Source of the DNA: a virus
Taxonomy: Duplodnaviria; Caudoviricetes
DNA: 52,980 bases
IMG/VR virus record: IMGVR_UViG_3300035562_000039
Coordinates: 1-52,980 of that record
Direction: 5' to 3' (one strand)
Every line of letters starts with the position of its first letter. Positions within the stretch are counted from its first letter, which is position 1. Shown piece after piece: positions 45,765 to 52,980 of the stretch. Below the pieces are notes generated by a model that had not been told where the DNA came from, searched no databases, and saw only the letters and a list, made by a program, of their open reading frames with translations. Made by a program: the position numbers and the translations under genes.

Positions 45765-46148
45765 ATGACCTATGTGATGCAAGACCTTTACCACTATATC
45801 GGTGGCGACCTAGGCACGTCCCCGGCTGGAGATTTGCGACCCGTTTCAGGATTAGAAATGGGAAAGCAAAGAGTATTGCGGCGGCTTATGACTAATCCAG
45901 GCGATTATATTTATCACCCAAATTATGGAGCTGGACTCGGCTCCAAGGTCGGGCAAAGTCTTAATGTTGGCGAATGGACTGCGCTCATTAAAGGGCAAAT
46001 GCTTTTAGAGTCATGCGTGTCTCAAGATCCAAAATACCCACCGAAAGTAACGCTCACGCCATTAACTAATGGTGTTAGTGCATACATCACTTACACAGAC
46101 GCCCCATCCGGCGTCCCTGTAACACTCAGCTTCGATGTGACGGTATAA
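45765..46148 (+). CDS. Baseplate wedge gp25/gpW-like
   Basis: QRVLRRL.T.PG.YI.HP.YGAGL. Confidence 0.8.
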   Translation: MTYVMQDLYHYIGGDLGTSPAGDLRPVSGLEMGKQRVLRRLMTNPGDYIYHPNYGAGLGSKVGQSLNVGEWTALIKGQMLLESCVSQDPKYPPKVTLTPLTNGVSAYITYTDAPSGVPVTLSFDVTV

Positions 46149-46149
46149 A

Positions 46150-47274
46150 ATGGCGCTAAATATAAAATCATTCACGCAATTAGTTAGCGATCAAGTTACC
46201 TTTATCCAGGGGGCTGTCGCTGGTCTGGTAGATTTAACTATCGGTAGCCTATTGAGGTCAGTAGTAGAAAGTAATTCCAGCGTGGCGCAGTGGCTGCAGC
46301 AATTAATTGTAATCCTGCTGGCTACGACAAGAGCAGCAACAAGCACTGGCACGGATTTAGATTCTTGGATGGCGGACTATGGGTTTCTGCGACTATCTGC
46401 GGTACAGGCTACAGGGCAAGTCACTTTTGCCAGATTCACTGCTACGTATCAGGCTGTCGTATTAATAGGGACTACAGTTTCCACCAGTGATGGAACGCAG
46501 TCTTATACCGTCATTATCGACACAACGAATGCTGCTTATAACGCTAGCTATAATGGATATGTCATCGCTGCAGGGATCTCTAGCGTCACCGTTCCTGTCA
46601 TGGCAAACACCGCTGGTAGTGCTGCAAATGCCCTTGCTGGGACTATATCGGCGATTACAGGTAGCATCCAATATGTCGATACTGTAACCAACGCTGCAGC
46701 ATTCACAAATGGTGCTGATGCGGAGTCTGATGCCGATTTTAGAGCTAGATTCATCGCATGGGTTGCATCATTATCAAAAGCCACAAAGGCAGCAATAGGG
46801 TATGCGATTTCAAGTTTTCAAAGTGGTGTTACTTACACGCTGACTGAGAATGAAGATAGATATGGCACGGCAGCCCCAGGTTACTTCTTTGCAGTTGTAG
46901 ATGACGGTTCTGGCTCGCCTAGCAGCGGGTTTATCTCATCAATTTATAATGCCATTGATGCAGTGCGTGGTTTTACTATCACGTTCAGCGTATTCCCTCC
47001 AAGCGTTGTGACTGCGAATGTCACAATGACCATAACGACCGCGTCAGGTGCCGATCACAGTGCCGTGGCCGCAATAGTAACAACGGCTGTACAGAATTAT
47101 ATAAATAAACTTCCGCTTGGCCAATTGCTCCCTTATACGCAGCTAGCGACCATTGCGTATGGTGCAAGCTCATTTGTCACAAATGTTAGCACTGTGTTGT
47201 TAAATGGTACCACTTCCGATTTGGCTGCCACGTCGCAACAGATTATTCGTGCTGGCACAATATCGGTGGGATAA
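46150..47274 (+). CDS. Baseplate J-like protein
   Basis: ATG.DLD, ATG.VTF, V.N..AFT.G.DAESD..FR.R. Confidence 0.92.
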   Translation: MALNIKSFTQLVSDQVTFIQGAVAGLVDLTIGSLLRSVVESNSSVAQWLQQLIVILLATTRAATSTGTDLDSWMADYGFLRLSAVQATGQVTFARFTATYQAVVLIGTTVSTSDGTQSYTVIIDTTNAAYNASYNGYVIAAGISSVTVPVMANTAGSAANALAGTISAITGSIQYVDTVTNAAAFTNGADAESDADFRARFIAWVASLSKATKAAIGYAISSFQSGVTYTLTENEDRYGTAAPGYFFAVVDDGSGSPSSGFISSIYNAIDAVRGFTITFSVFPPSVVTANVTMTITTASGADHSAVAAIVTTAVQNYINKLPLGQLLPYTQLATIAYGASSFVTNVSTVLLNGTTSDLAATSQQIIRAGTISVG

Positions 47275-47276
47275 AA

Positions 47277-48002
47277 ATGGCAACTGGTGATCAGAATGAC
47301 ATGTTTTCTCGCCTGAAATCATTACTACCACCTACTTGGTTTGGTGATTCAAACCCGATTCGCGATGCTATTTTAATCGGAACCGCACAGGTTCTTGCGT
47401 GGTGCTATACGCTCTATCTTTACGCTCAGATGCAGACAAGAATAAAAACAGCTTCAGATGGCTGGCTAGATATGATTTCAGCAGACTTTTTTGGGAATAC
47501 ATTACCAAGATATAGTGGGCAAACAGACGACAATTATCGAAACAAAATCATAGTTAATCTATTCAGAGAAAGAGGAACTCGCCATTCAATATCCCAAGTC
47601 CTTTATGACTTGACTGGTGAATACCCTGATATCTTCGAACCACAAAGACCTGCGGATACCGGTGGGTATGGTTATGGATGCGGATACGGAGTCGGCGGCG
47701 GATATGGCTCAAAGCTAATGCCATACGAAGCCCTGGTTACTGCGTATCGCGCACCAAATACAGGAATTCCATTTGTTGCTGGGTATACATCAACCACATC
47801 TGGATATGGAATACCTTCGCAAGGTCAATACTCTTCATTAAGCATGATTTCTGGTCTCGTATCAGATTCAGACATTTATGCAGCTATTGCTAGCGTAAAG
47901 GTGGAGGGGACATTGGTATGGGTAAGAATTAAGTCCACTAGGCCAACTCCGCCTACGAGGATCGGGATAGATTATACCATGGGCGTTTCCACCATTTACT
48001 AA
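47277..48002 (+). CDS. Baseplate wedge gpI-like
   Basis: TA.DGWLD....DFFG..L.R..GQ.D..YR; follows J. Confidence 0.7.
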   Translation: MATGDQNDMFSRLKSLLPPTWFGDSNPIRDAILIGTAQVLAWCYTLYLYAQMQTRIKTASDGWLDMISADFFGNTLPRYSGQTDDNYRNKIIVNLFRERGTRHSISQVLYDLTGEYPDIFEPQRPADTGGYGYGCGYGVGGGYGSKLMPYEALVTAYRAPNTGIPFVAGYTSTTSGYGIPSQGQYSSLSMISGLVSDSDIYAAIASVKVEGTLVWVRIKSTRPTPPTRIGIDYTMGVSTIY

Positions 48003-48059
48003 TAGCCCAAAATTCAACAAAGGCTGCCTTCGGGGCGGCCTTTTTTATTGGAAAAAAAA

Positions 48060-49691
48060 ATGGATCGTCAAACAGTATATGCTGGCGCAATACCACTAGA
48101 AACAGATTTATTAAACACAAACAAAAACACGATGATTGCGTTGGCTAAACAATCCCTGTTATTAACAGGAAGTGCCACTGTGATCCATGGGTTAAATTGC
48201 ACCCCAACAAGCCCAGCCTCACTTTCTGTCAATATTGGAGCTGGTTCTATTTATAGTATGCAGAATATTGATAGCACGGCGTATTCTTCATTGCCAGCTG
48301 ATACTGCACACAGCATTTCTAAACAAGGTCTGGCTTTAAATTCACAAGTTTTCACTCTCACCGCCCCAGCAACCAGCGGTCAAAGTATAAATTATCTGAT
48401 CCAGGCTATTTATCAAGATGTTGACTCTGGTTCAACTGTGCTGCCTTACTACAATGCCGCTAATCCAAGTGTGGCGTGGTCAGGCCCCGCAAACTCAGGA
48501 GCGGCACAGAATACCGTTCGGGCGGGTGTGTGTAATGTCACTGTTAAAACTGGCGTGGCTGCAGCTACAGGCATGCAATCAACACCAACACCTGATGCCG
48601 GATATGTTGGTGCATGGGTTATAACGGTTGCAAATGGGCAGACTACAATAACATCTAGCAGTATATCATTAGCACCAAATGCGCCATTTTTGCCGTCATC
48701 AGGAATTGTGGCTGGTATACAGAATAATGCGCTGACTTATGCTATCGATACAGGTACAGCAAACTCATATGTTGTTTCATATAGCCCCCCAGTTACTCAA
48801 TTAACTGATGGCATGATGCTGTCATTCAAAGCAAAAAACACCAACACAACTTCATCAACCATATCAATTAATGGGCTCAGTAGTGTCCCTTTATATTCTC
48901 AATCACAACAAGCGCTGCAGGGTGGGGAAGTAATTTCCAACGGAATTGTCGAGTTTGTATGGAATAGCTCACTGAGCGCATTTGTACTTACTTGCAATAC
49001 TGGTGGGAAGTTACAGGTGCCAACTGCCACCGGTTCAAACCAGGCAGTAAATTTGGCTCAAATGAACAGTGCGATTAGCGCTTCATCAGGGCCATTCATA
49101 TCTGCATTTACATCCAATGGGACATTTACGGTTCCTAGTGGTGTAACACAAATAAAGATTACCTGCACTGGTGGTGGCGGCGGTGGCGGTGGGAGACAAG
49201 CAACAAGCAATGCTGGGCCGTTTTCTGGATCAGGCGGAGGTGCTGGTGCGACATCAATTGGCGTATATACGGTATCACCTGGTGCGACGCTCGCTGTAAC
49301 TGTTGGAGCGGGTGGTGCAGGAGGTGTTGGAGCAACGTCAGGGTCAAATGGATCATCATCAAGCGTTGGCTCGCTATGTGTGGGCGGCGGTGGCGGGTTT
49401 GGCGGCTGGGGCTCATCCGTAAGCTCGGCGGGCGGCACGGGAGGAACGGCGACAGGTGGGGCGGTAAATATAGCAGGGGGCTTTGGTGGTGACGGTCAAT
49501 CTGGGGTGAATATGCTCTCTGGGTATGGCGGAGCTAGCTATTTTGGCGGCGGCGCTCGAGCCTCATCCACTACTCCAGTTACTGTGCTTGTTCCTGGCGC
49601 TGGCGGGGGTGGTTCATATGACACATCATTTACTGGAACGTCTGTAAATGGTGGGAGCGGTGCAAATGGAGTTGTGATCATTGAGTGGTAA
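48060..49691 (+). CDS. Tail fibre with Gly-rich C-terminal domain
   Basis: FT.NGTFTVP.GV..I.I...GGGGGG...G..G.VIIEW. Confidence 0.85.
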   Translation: MDRQTVYAGAIPLETDLLNTNKNTMIALAKQSLLLTGSATVIHGLNCTPTSPASLSVNIGAGSIYSMQNIDSTAYSSLPADTAHSISKQGLALNSQVFTLTAPATSGQSINYLIQAIYQDVDSGSTVLPYYNAANPSVAWSGPANSGAAQNTVRAGVCNVTVKTGVAAATGMQSTPTPDAGYVGAWVITVANGQTTITSSSISLAPNAPFLPSSGIVAGIQNNALTYAIDTGTANSYVVSYSPPVTQLTDGMMLSFKAKNTNTTSSTISINGLSSVPLYSQSQQALQGGEVISNGIVEFVWNSSLSAFVLTCNTGGKLQVPTATGSNQAVNLAQMNSAISASSGPFISAFTSNGTFTVPSGVTQIKITCTGGGGGGGGRQATSNAGPFSGSGGGAGATSIGVYTVSPGATLAVTVGAGGAGGVGATSGSNGSSSSVGSLCVGGGGGFGGWGSSVSSAGGTGGTATGGAVNIAGGFGGDGQSGVNMLSGYGGASYFGGGARASSTTPVTVLVPGAGGGGSYDTSFTGTSVNGGSGANGVVIIEW

Positions 49692-49765
49692 TAACAAAAA
49701 ATAAAAGTCGCCTATGGGCTGAGTATTTCACCAGCGCTTAGGCGGCATTTTTATTGGAGATAAAG

Positions 49766-51562
49766 ATGTCACTACCATTTGTTACGGGGCAAATACCGCA
49801 GGCCGCAGATTTTAATGATTTAGCGTCTAAAGAAAATTTAGCCCAAGCCGTTATAGACGCATCTGATAAATTGAGCGGGTATACGCAATCAGCTCAAAAT
49901 AGTGCAGACCTTTCATCGCAGTATTCTCAGGTTTCAATTAATGCGGCGAATATATCTACCAGCGCAGCGCAAAGCGCAGCTACTACCGCAAATATTTACG
50001 TTTCATTATCTTCCGCGCAGGCTGCGATAACAGCAGGAACAATTCCTAGTGGAACGTTATTTAACGTCGCAGGAAGCAATGCTAGCGTTTATGTAGATCA
50101 GTACCTTAATTCCTCAGGAACTCCTGTCTACCAGCGCTCATTATCAAGTCAACAATTTGTTCAGCAAACAAATACCATAGCTTTAAACACACAAGCAACT
50201 ACGCAGGGTTTCATTTCCTTGCCATATTCAACATGGCCTATAGAAGAATGCGATCAGAATGGCTTACTGCTTAGCTATTATGATAGCACCGGCATGAAGT
50301 TTTATCCTGGCGACTTAAATACCCCAATATTAAATACATCGTCTACAATTTTCAGTGATGGTACTCAGCTGGTAAGCAATGGAACCGATGCTTATTACAA
50401 CCCTGAGATTGACCTAAGCGGAAACCTTCTCTGGGGTACGAATAAGAATACTGGCAAGAAAACGTATTTTGGCAGGGCGCTGTTCAATTCTCCAGGGCTT
50501 CTTGGTAATGACTTTTCCGCTATTGGTGATTCAATAACTGCTCGCGGGTTATTTAATGGTAGCATTAAACCAGTATCATGGCATGCGTGGGCTTCAATTT
50601 ACACAAATAGTCAATTAATGATTGGCGGTATATATGCGACATCTGGATTTACAGTATCACAGGTGCTTGCTACAGAGGTTCCACTTGCAATAGCATCTCC
50701 AAATTCAATGTGTGTAGTCATGTGCGGAAGGAATGACGTAATTCAAGGCATTGACATTGCAAACATAACCATACCTGCATTTATAATGATATTCAATAAG
50801 TTGCTTATGGCTGGTATATTACCCGTTGTCTGCACTATGTCAGCTCAGGGGAATAGTGGTAGCTCAACGCAGAGGATTGCTGAACACACATTGAATAATT
50901 GGCTGAGATATTACGCGCGAAGCCAGGGGTTACCATTTGTTGATTTACATGCGGTTACTGTAGATCCGACAACCGGGGATTGGTTGTCAGGGTATAATGT
51001 GGACGTTTCACACCCAACAACGCTGGGAGCTAGCGCAATGGGGAAGGCACTCGTTGCTGGATTGCAAAAGTGGGTATCCCCGACCCTTCCAACTATTGCT
51101 GAAGAGCAATTAGCGGTTGGGCTTACAAACAATATTCTTGGTAATTCCCTTTTCTATACATTAACTGGTGGCAGTGTACCGTCAGATTTTACTGCAGTAA
51201 GCGCGGGTACATCTTCGATCACGACCAATCCATTGGTAACAGGTAATGTATGGCACATAAGCAATTCCGGAAGCTATACAAAAGCCGTCACTTTAACCCC
51301 TGGAACAACAATGGGGTTTGGATTTTATGTCCAATCAGGAACTGGAAGTATGTTTGATTGTTACATCGCCAATGGAACATCATCATCAACAAACTATCTT
51401 GCAGGCCTGAGAACTTGGGATCAAACAATTTCAACATTAAGCTATTTTTATATGGAGTTTATTGTCCCCGCAGGTGTGACGTTAGGAACTATCGTAATAA
51501 ATAGTGGTAGCCAGGACTTATATATTGCTCAGATGGGCTTATTCAATATTACGGAGTATTAA
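49766..51562 (+). CDS. Tail-associated SGNH/GDSL hydrolase (tailspike-like)
   Basis: GDSIT (block I), G (II), G.ND (III), DVSHP (V). Confidence 0.8.
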   Translation: MSLPFVTGQIPQAADFNDLASKENLAQAVIDASDKLSGYTQSAQNSADLSSQYSQVSINAANISTSAAQSAATTANIYVSLSSAQAAITAGTIPSGTLFNVAGSNASVYVDQYLNSSGTPVYQRSLSSQQFVQQTNTIALNTQATTQGFISLPYSTWPIEECDQNGLLLSYYDSTGMKFYPGDLNTPILNTSSTIFSDGTQLVSNGTDAYYNPEIDLSGNLLWGTNKNTGKKTYFGRALFNSPGLLGNDFSAIGDSITARGLFNGSIKPVSWHAWASIYTNSQLMIGGIYATSGFTVSQVLATEVPLAIASPNSMCVVMCGRNDVIQGIDIANITIPAFIMIFNKLLMAGILPVVCTMSAQGNSGSSTQRIAEHTLNNWLRYYARSQGLPFVDLHAVTVDPTTGDWLSGYNVDVSHPTTLGASAMGKALVAGLQKWVSPTLPTIAEEQLAVGLTNNILGNSLFYTLTGGSVPSDFTAVSAGTSSITTNPLVTGNVWHISNSGSYTKAVTLTPGTTMGFGFYVQSGTGSMFDCYIANGTSSSTNYLAGLRTWDQTISTLSYFYMEFIVPAGVTLGTIVINSGSQDLYIAQMGLFNITEY

Positions 51563-51564
51563 CA

Positions 51565-52278
51565 ATGAGGATTATATATCCTACCACGATTACAAATCGT
51601 AACCTAACAACAATAGACCCAAGAATACCCTTAATCACTCCAACACTGATTGCTGGTTATGATTGCTTAAGCAATCTTGATTTTAGTGGTAGGAACAACA
51701 ACTTTACGTCATCGATCGGCTTTACTTCAACTGGGGCCACATTAGCTAATAACACTGCGTCGTTAATTGTAACTCCAGTTATAGAGCAAAGCGAGATGAC
51801 TGTTATCGGATGTTTCAATATAAATGGCACTGGCTCGACTGGCGCAATATTTAACAACCTGGATACTTCTACCACTTCATTTAAAGGTACAAGGCTGTCG
51901 CTGCTTTCAAGTAATGGTGGTCAATTGGATGTCGGGACTGGAACAGCAACAAGCACGTTAAACTCTATAGCAACCGGTGTATCTGGAGCGTGGACGATTC
52001 GTGCCTGGAGTTGGAATAGTAGCTTACAGAGAGAAATATTTCACTCTGGTACTGTGGGGAATTCGTTGACTATAACGAATAGAGGGATAAACACCGCAAG
52101 GCCATTTTCTGTAAACGGTGTACCTAGTGGTGCTTCTGGCGGGTCAATCACGGCTGGGGTGACTGGGACTCTTGGGTTTCTGCTATTTTACAACGAGACT
52201 ATAACGACTGCCAATGCCGCAACAAGGATGAATATAGTGGCATCAATCATGGCCTCTCGCGGAATTGTAATTCCATAA
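51565..52278 (+). CDS. Beta-rich protein, possibly LamG/lectin-like tail component
   Basis: DFSGRNN start, Thr/Ser/Gly-rich; follows the SGNH gene. Confidence 0.5.
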   Translation: MRIIYPTTITNRNLTTIDPRIPLITPTLIAGYDCLSNLDFSGRNNNFTSSIGFTSTGATLANNTASLIVTPVIEQSEMTVIGCFNINGTGSTGAIFNNLDTSTTSFKGTRLSLLSSNGGQLDVGTGTATSTLNSIATGVSGAWTIRAWSWNSSLQREIFHSGTVGNSLTITNRGINTARPFSVNGVPSGASGGSITAGVTGTLGFLLFYNETITTANAATRMNIVASIMASRGIVIP

Positions 52279-52428
52279 CTACCTTCTCCAATCCCATTCC
52301 GCGTGCAGCCAGATAGCTAACATCAAACAACTTGAGATGAACATAATACCTGGCCATTGAGTGAAGCCAGTGATGATAGATATGGCAGAGATCAGAGCTG
52401 CACTTCGTGTCAGCAATTTTATGGGCAT
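52279..52428 (-). CDS. 49-aa hydrophobic protein (not in track)
   Basis: MPIKLLTRSAALISAISIITGFTQWPGIMFISSCLMLAIWLHAEWDWRR; stop abuts the convergent gene's stop. Confidence 0.4.
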   Translation of the reverse strand: MPIKLLTRSAALISAISIITGFTQWPGIMFISSCLMLAIWLHAEWDWRR

Positions 52429-52601
52429 TACATGGCCGCAACGTTTGGGTTAGCCCGCCATCTTGAGCGCGTCATGGCTAGACATCAAATCGGTTGTGCA
52501 GATCAATAACCTTGCATTGATCGGTGAAAACGATCTTAACTAAAAAAATTACAACTAAGCAACTCAAGGGACGCATGTCATCCACGCAGCAAAAAATTAC
52601 A

Positions 52602-52622
52602 TCTGTCCATTAATGCGTCCAT
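52602..52622 (+). promoter_or_regulatory. Putative integrase arm-type sites
   Basis: TCTGTCCAT and TGCGTCCAT with a 12-bp period. Confidence 0.6.
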
Positions 52623-52691
52623 ATAAAATAAAAAAATGTTTCAATGCTACTTATTGCATTGATTCATAATGGTAATTATTAAAATGGAGTT

Positions 52692-52705
52692 TTCCTGTGT
52701 CGGGA
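52692..52705 (+). repeat. attR core TTCCTGTGTCGGGA
   Basis: Exact repeat of 224-237. Confidence 0.88.
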
Positions 52706-52719
52706 ATCAAAAGGTAACC

Positions 52720-52746
52720 AGGCAGAGCGCAAGCTCTGCCTTATTT
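52720..52746 (+). terminator. Host terminator, probably the porin's native one
   Basis: AGGCAGAGC-GCAA-GCTCTGCCT-TATTT. Confidence 0.75.
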
Positions 52747-52756
52747 ATTGGGGCGG

Positions 52757-52980
52757 TTATCCTTTCGGGGCTTGTCCCATCACTTCAATTGCCGAGCGTA
52801 ATGTGGCAAAGCGCTGCTGATTGGTCTCATGCTCAATCTCGGTAACCAAATGGGCCAAAATATTATTGCCGGAAATTTTTTTATTGAGATTGATCAGCTG
52901 GATCACCGCACCGCCGACCACCAGGCTGACGTCGCGTAACAGGGCTTCATAATGCTCGTTTGAGGGAGTAGATCCGGGCA
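52757..52980 (-). CDS. Host small helical protein, YmgA/YmgB(AriR)-like, 5'-partial (not in track)
   Basis: Open frame ...VVGGAVIQLINLNKKISGNNILAHLVTEIEHE...LRSAIEVM*. Confidence 0.5.
   Translation of the reverse strand, partial: PGSTPSNEHYEALLRDVSLVVGGAVIQLINLNKKISGNNILAHLVTEIEHETNQQRFATLRSAIEVMGQAPKG

Larger units (their letters stand above)
224..52705. mobile_element. Temperate prophage: lambdoid early region with contractile-tail structural genes
   Basis: Terminal 14-bp direct repeats, adjacent integrase, complete int-to-tail-fibre gene order, host-like genes outside both ends. Confidence 0.95.

Noticed and set aside
48060-52278. Diversity-generating retroelement or tail-fibre inversion system
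   Set aside because: No reverse transcriptase, template/variable repeat pair, invertase or inverted crossover sites seen

Overview
The window holds an apparently complete ~52.5-kb temperate prophage of an enterobacterium. It lies between 14-bp direct repeats (TTCCTGTGTCGGGA, 224-237 and 52692-52705) in the 3' UTR of an OmpC/OmpF-family porin gene. The left half is lambdoid: tyrosine integrase with convergent excisionase, early-left operon (ssb, HNH, erf, kil-like, cIII, N), cI/cro/cII switch with readable operators, nut sites and CII-type promoters, O-like initiator with four iterons, DnaC-like loader, nin region and Q. The right half is a lysis cassette with three holin-like genes, a GH19 endolysin and nested Rz/Rz1, then an accessory block (KilA-N, HTH-metallophosphoesterase, HAD phosphatase, proteasome-beta/HslV-like Ntn hydrolase), then terminase, portal, scaffold, P22-coat-like capsid and contractile-tail genes ending in Gly-rich and SGNH-esterase fibre proteins. 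The best candidates for undescribed biology are the late accessory enzyme block, a repeated structured-RNA cassette flanking the lysis genes, a pseudoknot-like element at 27633-27780 and a triple GGAU-hairpin scaffold leader. I found no tRNA, rRNA, CRISPR array or reverse transcriptase. All family calls come from motif recognition by eye, not from database searches.
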